Shown: positions 52,322-61,721 of the stretch, piece after piece
Numbering within the stretch: position 1 is the stretch's first letter
Layout: each line of letters starts with the position of its first letter
Origin: Vulcanimicrobiota bacterium
GTDB taxonomy: Bacteria > Vulcanimicrobiota > Vulcanimicrobiia > Vulcanimicrobiales > Vulcanimicrobiaceae
Direction: 5' to 3'
NCBI GenBank assembly: GCA_963833095.1
Contig: CAWHWQ010000001.1
Coordinates: forward strand, 256,001-320,000
Length of the DNA: 64,000 bases
Notes under the pieces: model-generated
Seen by the model: only the letters and a program-made list of their open reading frames with translations
The model's database searches: none
Told to the model about the DNA's origin: nothing
Program-made: the position numbers and the translations under genes

Positions 52322-52716
52322 CGATCGATCACGTCGCAATCGTGGTCAAAGATCTCGACGCCGCGATCGAACTCTACACGCAGACGCTGGGTTTCCAACC
52401 ACTCTATCGCGAGACGATCGCCGATCAGGGCGTAGAGGCAGTCGGATTGCAAGCCGGCGATTCGGTCATCGAACTGTTGCGACCGCTGGATCCCGGCTCG
52501 CCGATCGCGCGCTTCCGCGGCGAGGCCGAGATGAAACTCCACCACACGGCCTATCGCGTCGATGACATCGAGACGGCGCTCGCCGACTATAAGGCCAAAG
52601 GTGTGCGCTTGATCGACGAGCGGCCGCGCAAAGGTGCGCACGGAAACCGGATCGCGTTTCTCCATCCAAAGTCGACGGGCGGCGTGCTCATCGAACTCTG
52701 CCAGCGCTCGAACTAA
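52318..52716 (+). CDS. mce: Methylmalonyl-CoA epimerase
   Basis: [36 protein letters not shown]. Confidence 0.93.
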   Translation: MTIDHVAIVVKDLDAAIELYTQTLGFQPLYRETIADQGVEAVGLQAGDSVIELLRPLDPGSPIARFRGEAEMKLHHTAYRVDDIETALADYKAKGVRLIDERPRKGAHGNRIAFLHPKSTGGVLIELCQRSN

Positions 52717-54179
52717 GGATTTGGCGCTAAGCGCACGTCGATTGCGGTCTCGAAGGTGCGGTCCCACGGCAGCGTGATCGACATCGCGGCGATGTGCAAT
52801 TGCGGATAGAGCTGCGCGAGCGTTTGCTGCGCTTCGTACCAAAGCAGCGCGCGATTGCGATCCGCGGTCCGCCCGGCGACTTCGGGCGCAAGCAAGGTAT
52901 GGTCGGGGACGCCTTGCTCCGCCAGCCAATCGTTGAGCTCGGGGCGCACATCGTCGTGGAAGTCGACGTCGTCGACGAATCGCACATACGTGAACGTCTG
53001 GTGCGCCAGCGCATCGTAGCTGTGCATGCGCCGTCCGGAACCGGCGGCAATCGCTTCGGCCAATGCCGTTCCGGTCGTATTTGCGTCGGTGTTCCAGGCC
53101 GCGTACGCATCCAAGCGGCTGGCCAGGCCTGACGTCAGCAGCGAGGTCGCAAACGCCTTCTGCTCGGGATAGGTTCCTTCAAACGAGAGATCGACGACTG
53201 CGACCGAACGCCGGGCGTCCAGACCGGAGCGAATCGAACCGAGGAAGGCATCATCGAGCGCGGCGCCGGTGGATGGAACGCGAACGTAGAGCGCGATATC
53301 CGGTGCGGTATCATCGCGCACGCCTCCGCACAGCGAGATCAAACGATCGATCGTGACGCCGATCGGTGCGTACTCCAGCGGATCTTGATACAGCGCGCCC
53401 TGCGGCGTCGAGTAGTGGACGGCCACCCGCGGTGTCCATCCCGCATCGCGCGCAAGCGTGTTTGCCACCAGTGCCATCCCGAGTTCGTCGGCGCCCGGTT
53501 CAATCGAGGCACGGCCGCCCAGATCGCTCGCATCGAGATAGCGTTGCAATGCCTGCACTTCGGGCACGTGCAGCCCGTAGGTCTTGGCATCGTCTTGGCC
53601 AAGCACGAGCCGGTCGATCGACTTCGCCCGGGCGTCGTCGATGAGCAATTGGTCGACGCCGTAGTCGCGCGCGCGCGTTTGAAGGTAGGCATCGAGCACA
53701 TTCTGACCGATCAGGCCGCGCAGACGCTGCGCTTCGCTTTCCTCAGACGGTTCGAGAGGATCGTGGAGATTTGCGTACTGCTGAAGATACAACCACACTG
53801 GATACGGCGCAAAGTAGGACGCGTTTGCTGGAATACCGGTTGGCGCAAGGCGCATGATCGTACCAAAGACGCCGATCCACGCATCGGGATAGCGCGAACG
53901 CAGACGCGCGATTTCACGAAGGCGCGCGAAAGCATCCGCATAGCTTGGGCCCGGAACACGCGATGCGATCAGGCCACCATACGCGAGCATGTCGCTCGAA
54001 AGCACGTACGCTTGCGCGCGCGGCGCACGCGCGTTGAGCCACGCGATAATTGCGTCGGGAGCACCGGGCTGCAAGTTATTCCCAAGCAAGCTGCGCGGCG
54101 GCGTCACGACCGCGCGCCCGGCAATCTGCCCGAGCATAATCGGTAGGCCCCAGGTGACTGGACGATCGTCCAACGGCAC
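52713..54179 (-). CDS. DUF4127-like protein (start may lie slightly upstream)
   Basis: VPLDDRP, SSDMLAYGGLIASR, IMR, LGQDD, PGADE, YAAWNT.ANT.G, LPWDRTFE. Confidence 0.75.
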   Translation of the reverse strand: MPLDDRPVTWGLPIMLGQIAGRAVVTPPRSLLGNNLQPGAPDAIIAWLNARAPRAQAYVLSSDMLAYGGLIASRVPGPSYADAFARLREIARLRSRYPDAWIGVFGTIMRLAPTGIPANASYFAPYPVWLYLQQYANLHDPLEPSEESEAQRLRGLIGQNVLDAYLQTRARDYGVDQLLIDDARAKSIDRLVLGQDDAKTYGLHVPEVQALQRYLDASDLGGRASIEPGADELGMALVANTLARDAGWTPRVAVHYSTPQGALYQDPLEYAPIGVTIDRLISLCGGVRDDTAPDIALYVRVPSTGAALDDAFLGSIRSGLDARRSVAVVDLSFEGTYPEQKAFATSLLTSGLASRLDAYAAWNTDANTTGTALAEAIAAGSGRRMHSYDALAHQTFTYVRFVDDVDFHDDVRPELNDWLAEQGVPDHTLLAPEVAGRTADRNRALLWYEAQQTLAQLYPQLHIAAMSITLPWDRTFETAIDVRLAPNP

Positions 54180-54211
54180 GAAGACAATCGTCGCGAGTAG
54201 GGCGAGCGCCT

Positions 54212-55090
54212 TTAAAGCAAGGATCGCAACGTCTCCGATCGCAGCAGCTCACGCGCGCGCTCCGCGTCAACCCTGCGCGCGATCATCACCACGGCGACCT
54301 TTGCGCTGCCTCCCGAACTTTCGAGCGCCGCTTGCACGCGCTCATCGTCGGCGCCGGTCAGGATACCTACGAGCCGCTGCGCGCGCGCGCGCAATTTGTC
54401 GTTGGTGGCAACGACGTCGATCATCAGGTTGTCGTGGACCTTACCCATCCGCACCATGACCGCGGTCGAGAGGGTGTTGAGCACGATCTTCTGCGCGGTT
54501 CCGGCTTTCAAACGTGTGGAACCGCTCAAGACCTCGGCCCCGGTCGGCAGCGCGATGGCCTCATCGGCGGCACGAACCAACGCCGATGCGCCGCTGCTCG
54601 TGATGGCGATGGTGAGCGCGCCGATCGAACGCGCGTGCTCGAGCGCAGCGACAACATAGCGCGCGCCACCGCTAGCTGAGATGCCGACCACGACGTCGCC
54701 AGGGGCTACGTGATCGCGCAGCGCGCGTTGGCCCTCCTCCGCATCGTCTTCGGCGCCTTCGACCGCATGGCGCAATGCGCGCTCGCCGCCGGCGATGTGC
54801 GCGCAGACCAGCTCGTTTGGCGTTCCAAACGTCGGCGGCATCTCGGACGCATCGAGCACACCCAAACGTCCGCTCGTACCCGCACCGACATAATGCACGC
54901 GTCCGCCCAAGCGCAACCGCTCTGCCACCGCATCGACCACGCGCGCCAGCGTCGCCGACTGCGCGCGTACTGCCGCAACGGCTTCGCCTTGATCGCGCAC
55001 CAGCAGATCGACGAGGTCGCGCGTCTCGAGCAGGTCGAGGCCGGCACTGTCAGCTTGCCGCTCTTCGGTTGGGGGAAGGCGCTCGCTCAC
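54212..55090 (-). CDS. murQ: N-acetylmuramic acid 6-phosphate etherase
   Basis: GAGTSGRLGVLDASE.PPTFG, EGAED, GSTRLKAGTAQK. Confidence 0.97.
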   Translation of the reverse strand: MSERLPPTEERQADSAGLDLLETRDLVDLLVRDQGEAVAAVRAQSATLARVVDAVAERLRLGGRVHYVGAGTSGRLGVLDASEMPPTFGTPNELVCAHIAGGERALRHAVEGAEDDAEEGQRALRDHVAPGDVVVGISASGGARYVVAALEHARSIGALTIAITSSGASALVRAADEAIALPTGAEVLSGSTRLKAGTAQKIVLNTLSTAVMVRMGKVHDNLMIDVVATNDKLRARAQRLVGILTGADDERVQAALESSGGSAKVAVVMIARRVDAERARELLRSETLRSLL

Positions 55091-55983
55091 TGCTTCATCC
55101 TGCGCGCCAGCTCGAGCGCCCCGTGAACTGGAAGCGGTGGCGACTTGATCGGATGCAACAAGGGAAGGTCGGCGAGCAAACGTGTCTCGACCAGATATGA
55201 GAGCAGCGAGTTTTGGGCAAAGAGTCCGCCCGCGAAGACTAGCGGGATTTCGCGCGCCTCGATCTTCGCCAGGCGCACGAGCGCCTTGAGTAACTCCACG
55301 AGTTCCAGCGCGGCCGTCTGGACGATCTTGTTTGCCAGCCGGTCTCCGGAACCGGCGCGGTCCAGAATCAGCGGCGCAATCGAAGCGACGATCGCCACCG
55401 GATGCGGCTCACCATACACGCGACGCAAAAGCTCCTGCGCGTCGTGCACCGCGAGTTGCACGCGCATCGCGTCAAACAGCTCGGTGTGCGCTGCGCGTCC
55501 GTCGTACCACCGCAGCAAGTGGGCCAGCGCGGCGCGACCAATGGCAAATCCCGAGCCGTCATCGCCGAGCAGGTAGCCGTACCCGCCGGTGCGATGGGTC
55601 TCCTCGCCCACATGAGCATACGCAATCGATCCGGTGCCGGCGATCAAAACGGCGCCGTCTCCGTCTGGAACGGCTGCGCGCAATGCGATTTCCGCATCGT
55701 CGAACACCGCGATCGCCGCGCCGGGAAAATGTTCGCGCAGCGCAACCTCGAGCGCGCGTGCCAGCGCGAAGTCGCCGGCACCGGCAGCACCGACGGCGAG
55801 CGCGTCACACGCCTCTCCCCGCAAAGCGCTACGAACCGTCGCCGCGATACGCTCAGCAGCATCGGCAACACCTGCGGTGCGCACGTTGACGCCCTCGCCG
55901 CGCGCGGCGTGCTTGTCACCATCACGCTCGACGACGCACTCGGTCGAGGTGCCGCCGGCATCCAGCCCTATGAAGATCGGCAC
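55087..55983 (-). CDS. BadF/BadG/BcrA-family sugar kinase (GlcNAc/MurNAc kinase-like)
   Basis: GLDAGGT, IAGTGS, GGYGYLLGDDGSG. Confidence 0.88.
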   Translation of the reverse strand: MPIFIGLDAGGTSTECVVERDGDKHAARGEGVNVRTAGVADAAERIAATVRSALRGEACDALAVGAAGAGDFALARALEVALREHFPGAAIAVFDDAEIALRAAVPDGDGAVLIAGTGSIAYAHVGEETHRTGGYGYLLGDDGSGFAIGRAALAHLLRWYDGRAAHTELFDAMRVQLAVHDAQELLRRVYGEPHPVAIVASIAPLILDRAGSGDRLANKIVQTAALELVELLKALVRLAKIEAREIPLVFAGGLFAQNSLLSYLVETRLLADLPLLHPIKSPPLPVHGALELARRMKQ

Positions 55984-57122
55984 TCTTTTTCTACCTCCAA
56001 GATCAATCGGCGCAACGCAAACGGCGCGATTGCTCCCAACGGCACCGCGTGAGAAGCTCCGGTCACGCGCGGCACATTTGCGGCGCGCTCGCGCAGCGTT
56101 TCATAGCCGAGCACGGCAAAGGCGACTGCCTCCTTTGCGTCGCCGCGGACGCCAATCGTCTCGCTAGCTTCGACGCGCGCGTGCGGCAATCGTGCCGCAA
56201 TCCGTCGCAGCAATGCTGGATTGCATGCGCCGCCGCCGCTGCACAGCACGCGTGCAGCCGACATGCCCAGCACCCCGACGGCGTCCGCGATCGCAGCAGC
56301 GCTCAACTCCGTCAGGGTCGCAGCGCCGTCCTCGGTCGATAAACGCTCGAGCACATGGCGATGCGAAAGCAGAAACTGCGCGCCGAACCGCTCCCGTCCG
56401 GTTGATTTTGGCGCAACCAGCGCAAAATACGGATCGCTGAGCATGACGTCGAGCGCCGTCTGGTCCACTTGACCGGCTGCGGCGAGCAAGCCGTCGACGT
56501 CGTAGCGCTGGGTTCCACCGGTACGCATCTGGACAAATGCGTCGATGAGCATCACGCCCGGCCCGCAGTCGAAGGCCTGCACGTCATTTGCTATGCAGCC
56601 GCGCGGCAGCGCCGTCAGGTTCGCGATGCCGCCTATATTGAGCGCCACGCGATCCTCGTTTGGATTCGCGAGCAGCAGCACGTCAACGTAAGGAACCAGT
56701 GGGGCGCCGTTTCCGCCAACGACACAGTCGGCCGTGCGAAAATCGTAGCAGACCGTCGCGCGCAGAGCTTCGCGAATGACGAACGGATCGCCGATCTGCA
56801 GCGTCAGGTGCGCGGCACCATCATGAAACATCGTGTGCCCGTGCGAAGCAACGTAATCCACGCTGAGAGCTCCGCTGGCGCTGCGCGCCGCTCGCGCAAA
56901 CGCGGCACCCAAAGAGCGGTGCAGGCCGGCGATGGCGGCGGCGTTCGCGTCGTGCGGCGGAAGCGCGGCACGCAAGCGTCGCTCGAGCTCACCGTCGAAA
57001 GGCGTCGTTACAAAGTTGAGCAGATCGATTCCATATCCCGCATCACGGGGAACGATGCGCACCAGCGCCGCATCGATTCCATCGAGCGACGTCCCGCTCA
57101 TCAAGCCCACAGCAATCATCAA
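55968..57122 (-). CDS. anmK: Anhydro-N-acetylmuramic acid kinase
   Basis: GLMSGTSLDGID, SHGHT.FH, DFR..D, GAPLVP, NIGGIAN, PKSTGRE, AKEA. Confidence 0.96.
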   Translation of the reverse strand: MMIAVGLMSGTSLDGIDAALVRIVPRDAGYGIDLLNFVTTPFDGELERRLRAALPPHDANAAAIAGLHRSLGAAFARAARSASGALSVDYVASHGHTMFHDGAAHLTLQIGDPFVIREALRATVCYDFRTADCVVGGNGAPLVPYVDVLLLANPNEDRVALNIGGIANLTALPRGCIANDVQAFDCGPGVMLIDAFVQMRTGGTQRYDVDGLLAAAGQVDQTALDVMLSDPYFALVAPKSTGRERFGAQFLLSHRHVLERLSTEDGAATLTELSAAAIADAVGVLGMSAARVLCSGGGACNPALLRRIAARLPHARVEASETIGVRGDAKEAVAFAVLGYETLRERAANVPRVTGASHAVPLGAIAPFALRRLILEVEKECRSS

Positions 57123-58153
57123 CCGAACGTTTCGATGACGGCATCATAAAACGCCACTCGCAGCGGACGGGAATCTTCGCGTCCGAAGTAGACGGCATTG
57201 GTGAGGAGCACCGCTTGCAGGTCGCGGTCGGGATCCGCCCAGACGCAGGTACCCGTAAAACCCGTGTGACCGAAGCTGCGCGGACCAAAGCCGGCGCCGC
57301 ACGAATTTTCGTCGGTCGTTTTGAGCGCCCAGCCAAGACCCCGTCGCAACACCGGATCGTCGGCGGCGCACGCGATGGCTTCACGTGCCAATGCCGGAGA
57401 GAGGAGCGACGGCGCGCGTCCGCACGCCGCCCCGAGGTAGATCTCGGTCAGCGCGGCGACGCCGGCGGCGCTCCCGAAGAGGCCGGCGTGCCCGGCGATG
57501 CCATTCATCAAGTGCGCCTTTTCGTCGTGCACGCTGCCCTGCACGCGGCCGCGCCAGCGATCTTCTTCCGTCGCCGGAATCGCGGCGCGTTCGCGAGCGA
57601 GCGGGTTGAACTCTACCTGCGAACCCCAAAGCCGCGCGCTCGATGCCAAAAGCGATCGCCGCGTGATCCGTTCGATCGCGACGCCCAGCGCGATCATTCC
57701 AAGATCGCTGTAGATCACGCGCTCGCCGGGCCGCGCCGCCAGCGGCCGCCGCAGCGCAAAATCCGCTACTTGCGTATCGAGCAGCGTACGGTAGTCGGCG
57801 CCCGAGTGCATGCCCGACGTATGGGCTAGCAACATCCTGGGCGTGATTCGCGCATGTTCGGTGCCTTCCCATTCGGGAAGGTACGCGCACAGCGTGGTGT
57901 CGAGATCGATGACACCGCGCGCCACGAGATCGAGCGCAATCGTCGCAACGAATAGCTTCGTGATCGAAGCAAGATCGAAACGCGTGTCGACGTAGACCGC
58001 TTGCGTGTTCGCGTCCAGACGCGTTTCGCCGACGGCGCGCTCGTAGACCAGAACGCCTCCGCGCTCGACACGCGCCAATGCGGCGGTGAAGCTGCGGTTC
58101 TGCGCACCGCTCAGAACGTCGTCGATTGCGGTGACGCGTTCAAGCGAGCGCAA
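57119..58153 (-). CDS. Serine hydrolase (beta-lactamase family), probable muropeptide amidase/peptidase
   Basis: FDLASITK, YSDLG, VHDE, GHAGLF, GHTGFTG. Embedded in the recycling operon. Confidence 0.85.
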   Translation of the reverse strand: MRSLERVTAIDDVLSGAQNRSFTAALARVERGGVLVYERAVGETRLDANTQAVYVDTRFDLASITKLFVATIALDLVARGVIDLDTTLCAYLPEWEGTEHARITPRMLLAHTSGMHSGADYRTLLDTQVADFALRRPLAARPGERVIYSDLGMIALGVAIERITRRSLLASSARLWGSQVEFNPLARERAAIPATEEDRWRGRVQGSVHDEKAHLMNGIAGHAGLFGSAAGVAALTEIYLGAACGRAPSLLSPALAREAIACAADDPVLRRGLGWALKTTDENSCGAGFGPRSFGHTGFTGTCVWADPDRDLQAVLLTNAVYFGREDSRPLRVAFYDAVIETFG

Positions 58154-59603
58154 CGGGAAGCACTCCAGCGCTTGGAACGCCGAGGAAGATGACGTCGGAA
58201 AGCCCAGCGAGGCTCACCTCGTCGTTGCCGTAACAGGCCAGCACGTGCCGCGCGCGCGCGAAGAGCGGTACGTCGTATGGTTCGCCGGTCGAAACGACCA
58301 GAGCATCGGGGGCATGCGCGAGGATCGCGTCGATTGCACGCGCCTGACCCTCATGGAGATGCGCGCGATACGCAAGCACGATCGGACGCCGGCTGTTGCT
58401 GCGGACCGCCGCCACTGCTGCTGCGATCTCGCCGTCGTCGGGATCGATGCTCAGCACGCGTTCCTCGAGCGCGGGCGCGTGCGCCGCCAGCGATGCTTGG
58501 CCGAAAACGATCGCGACATCAGCCGGCGCATCGGCGCGCGGCGCTCCCCGCAGGACGGTCACCGCTTCGCGCGCGATGCGGCGGCCGATGCCCGGGTACG
58601 GCGCAAATGCGTGCACGTCGAGCGGTGCGAGGGCCCGGGCCCGCAGCGCCATCACGCGACCGTGCGCCTCGCGCAAACGCTCGAGCGGAAGATCGCCGCC
58701 CTCGACGGCGCGCGCGAGGTGGTGCGCCGCCTCGAATGCTAGCTCCGGATCGTGGCTCACCAGCGCGCAATCGGCGCCTGCAGCGATCGCCTCGGTTACG
58801 CCGCGGACCGTACCAACGCCATGAGCGATCGCGTCCATCTGCATGCAATCGCTGAAACACACCCCCGCGAATCCCCATTCGTTCCGCAAAATGCCGGTGA
58901 GGAACCGGCGCGAGAGCGATGCCGGACGCTCGCCGTCGATCGCCGGTACCGCGACGTGAGCGGCCATGATCGCCACACCATCACCAAGTGTGGCTGCAAA
59001 GGGCGCAAGATCGCGTGTGCGCAGCGTCGCCTCGTCGGAATCCAGGCGTGCCGGCCCGACGTGCGTATCGGACGCGGTCGCGCCATGACCCGGAAAGTGT
59101 TTGAAGGTCGCCGTGATGCCGCCGCTCTCGAGACCGCGCGCAAGCGCGCCGCCAAGTCGCGCTACCAGTTCGCCGCTTGAACCGAAGGCGCGCGTTCCGA
59201 TCACGGTGTTTCGCGAATCGAGCGCCAGATCGAGGACCGGCGCGAAGTCGTGCGTGCAACCTACGCGCCGTAGATCGTGGGCCAGTGCCTCTCCGGCTTC
59301 GAAGGCACGCTCGGCATCGGCGAGCGCACCCAGCGCCATCATCGGCGGAATGGCTTCGAGGCCGGCGCGCAGTCGCATCACGCGCCCACCTTCCTGATCG
59401 ATCGACACGATTGGAGGAATCGACGCCTTTTCGCGTAGAGCATCGGTCAGCGCGCGCGCTTGCGCGACGTCCTCCAGATTTCGCGCGAACAAGATGTACC
59501 CCGCAAAGGGGACGCGTTGCAATGCGGCAATTTCACTCGGGCCCAGGCGCGTTCCATTGAAGCCCGTGATGATGACGCCGCTCGCGAGCTCGAGCGCGTT
59601 CAA
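58140..59603 (-). CDS. nagZ: GH3 beta-N-acetylhexosaminidase
   Basis: DQEGGRV, FAPVLD, NagZ signature KHFPGHG...DTH, nucleophile SDCMQM. Confidence 0.92.
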   Translation of the reverse strand: MNALELASGVIITGFNGTRLGPSEIAALQRVPFAGYILFARNLEDVAQARALTDALREKASIPPIVSIDQEGGRVMRLRAGLEAIPPMMALGALADAERAFEAGEALAHDLRRVGCTHDFAPVLDLALDSRNTVIGTRAFGSSGELVARLGGALARGLESGGITATFKHFPGHGATASDTHVGPARLDSDEATLRTRDLAPFAATLGDGVAIMAAHVAVPAIDGERPASLSRRFLTGILRNEWGFAGVCFSDCMQMDAIAHGVGTVRGVTEAIAAGADCALVSHDPELAFEAAHHLARAVEGGDLPLERLREAHGRVMALRARALAPLDVHAFAPYPGIGRRIAREAVTVLRGAPRADAPADVAIVFGQASLAAHAPALEERVLSIDPDDGEIAAAVAAVRSNSRRPIVLAYRAHLHEGQARAIDAILAHAPDALVVSTGEPYDVPLFARARHVLACYGNDEVSLAGLSDVIFLGVPSAGVLPVALA

Positions 59604-60235
59604 ATGCGAATCGTCTGCGCGACGAGTCGACCGCCGACGTCATAGACCGAAATATCGGCATGCTGCCCGCGATGCAAATCGGCGAAGGTCGCGTATTCCC
59701 CGTGCTGATAGATGGTCGTTGCCGGAACGACGGCCACGACCGCAGATCGTGAACCATCACGCACGACGAACGTTCCCCCCGGATAGTCGACCGACTCGAT
59801 CGTTCCGTGAATCTCACGCGCTGGACGCGACGACGGACCGGCCTCGAGAGACCGATAGAGGTTGGGTATCGGTGTCGCCGTCTGCGCCGAAGCAGAGGCG
59901 CTGGGAGCAAACGCAAGCAGAATTGCGAAGACGATCAGCGCGAGCATGCGCTGATAGGCCTCGCGAGCTGCGGCAGCATCCGCGCCGCCCGCGCGAGCAC
60001 CTTCGGCGTAGCCGCGCAACTGGACGACGCTTGCATCGTCGGCTCGCCTGCCCGCCAGGACCAGCCGCAGGGCGACCAGGGTCAGGTCGGGCGTACGAGG
60101 CCCCAGCATCCGCATTCCCTCGTAGAAAGGCGCCGCCTCGGGCAGCGTGCTCCGATTTGCCAGCAATTTTTCAATCACGTCGGCCTTACGCCCGGTTCCG
60201 CGCAGAAGATACTCATCGATCAACTCGAACTGCAT
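59600..60235 (-). CDS. Hypothetical protein, possibly two genes read in one frame (cytoplasmic ~95 aa plus secreted beta-rich protein)
   Basis: MQFELIDEYLL... runs into an internal signal-peptide-like MLALIVFAILLAFAPSASA. Confidence 0.5.
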   Translation of the reverse strand: MQFELIDEYLLRGTGRKADVIEKLLANRSTLPEAAPFYEGMRMLGPRTPDLTLVALRLVLAGRRADDASVVQLRGYAEGARAGGADAAAAREAYQRMLALIVFAILLAFAPSASASAQTATPIPNLYRSLEAGPSSRPAREIHGTIESVDYPGGTFVVRDGSRSAVVAVVPATTIYQHGEYATFADLHRGQHADISVYDVGGRLVAQTIRI

Positions 60236-60239
60236 GAAC

Positions 60240-61718
60240 ATGTTCTTCGCCAAGCGGCTTGCTGTGCTTTTTGCAGTCGGCCTTGCGCTGCTGGCCGCGA
60301 CCCCGCCGCACGAATCGCTCGCCCGACTGCTCGCCCGCATGCGTGAGCGAAGTGGCCCGGTTTGGAGCGCGCACCTCAGTTCGACCTCGCACCTGATCGA
60401 CAGCGGCGAAACGGTCGACCTGCGTAGCGAGTCGTCGGGATTGCGCTTTGCGACGTACCGATGCAACGGCGGCGTGTGCTTGGGAACGTATTTTGACGGC
60501 GAGCGGCTCTTCTCGATCAATATCAACGGTACGACCTTGCCGGAAGCTGACGGCAGCGACCCACTGCTACGGGCCGAGCGCACTGTCGCCTCCCTCGCCT
60601 TTCTCGACCCGGAATTCACCGCGCACGGCGGACGCATCATCGACGACGGCCCGACCATGATCTCGCAGGTCGCTTATCGCACGCTCCTCATCGCGAACGG
60701 CGACAGCGTGCCGATCCTCGTGTACGTCAACCCGAAGACCGCCGCGGTCACGTACATGCGCGATGTCAACGGCGATATGACGTTCGAATACCGCGACTAC
60801 GTGCAGGTCGGTGGGCATTACGAGCTTCCGCTCGAGGTCTATCGTAACGGCGCATTGTTCGAACGATACGATCAACGCGATGCACTGGCCACGTCATTCG
60901 AAACGCCGCATGGCCCCATTGCGGCGTTCTCCTCGATGCCGGCACCCGTTGCTACCGATCCCGACCAAACAACGCCGATCTTCGCCTGTACGCTCGGCGG
61001 CATCGCAACGACGTGCCAGCTCGATAGCGGCAACTCCGGGCTTGCGGTAAGCTCGGCCCTCGCAGAACGGCTCAAAGCTCCGACTATCGGCTCGTTTCAA
61101 GTTCTTGGTTTGGGCGATTACGCGACCGAGGTCGTGCACGCGGGCGAATTGCACGTCGGCGCCATGACGCTCCCGGCGGCGAACTACGTGGTGCTGCACG
61201 ACATCGATCGCTTCGGCTATCAGGTCGTGCTTGGCGCTGACGTCTTCGCCGCAACGACGATCGAGCTGGATAATTCGGCCCACCGCGTCGTGTTCGGTGC
61301 GTCGGCACCGCAAAATGGTTTCACCGTGCCTCTCGCATTCGATAATTTCGTGCCCGTGGTCGACGTGCGCCTGGGCACCTTGCCGGCGTCGCTCACGCTC
61401 GATACCGGCGACGAATCGAATATCAATCTCGCCTACAACTATTATCAGGCGCATCGCGAGCTGTTCCGGGCAACCCGTCAGCAAACCGTCGACGGCGTCG
61501 GCGGTTCGAGCGTCGAGGTGTTCGGCACCATTCCGCTGGTGCAAATCGGAGGCTATTCGATCCAGTCATCGACCATCGGTGCGACGGAGAGCCTGCAAGG
61601 AAACGAGCTTGGACACTTGGGCGCCGGGTTGCTCGCGCGTTTCAACGTGACGATCGACTACGCGGCGGGCGAACTGCACTTCGTACCGCTGGCTGTGCAA
61701 TCACCGAACCCTCCGTAG
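60240..61718 (+). CDS. Secreted retropepsin-like aspartic protease (two domains)
   Basis: Signal peptide, LDSG and LDTG catalytic motifs, VLGAD and HLGAG psi-loop motifs. Confidence 0.82.
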   Translation: MFFAKRLAVLFAVGLALLAATPPHESLARLLARMRERSGPVWSAHLSSTSHLIDSGETVDLRSESSGLRFATYRCNGGVCLGTYFDGERLFSININGTTLPEADGSDPLLRAERTVASLAFLDPEFTAHGGRIIDDGPTMISQVAYRTLLIANGDSVPILVYVNPKTAAVTYMRDVNGDMTFEYRDYVQVGGHYELPLEVYRNGALFERYDQRDALATSFETPHGPIAAFSSMPAPVATDPDQTTPIFACTLGGIATTCQLDSGNSGLAVSSALAERLKAPTIGSFQVLGLGDYATEVVHAGELHVGAMTLPAANYVVLHDIDRFGYQVVLGADVFAATTIELDNSAHRVVFGASAPQNGFTVPLAFDNFVPVVDVRLGTLPASLTLDTGDESNINLAYNYYQAHRELFRATRQQTVDGVGGSSVEVFGTIPLVQIGGYSIQSSTIGATESLQGNELGHLGAGLLARFNVTIDYAAGELHFVPLAVQSPNPP

Positions 61719-61721
61719 CGA

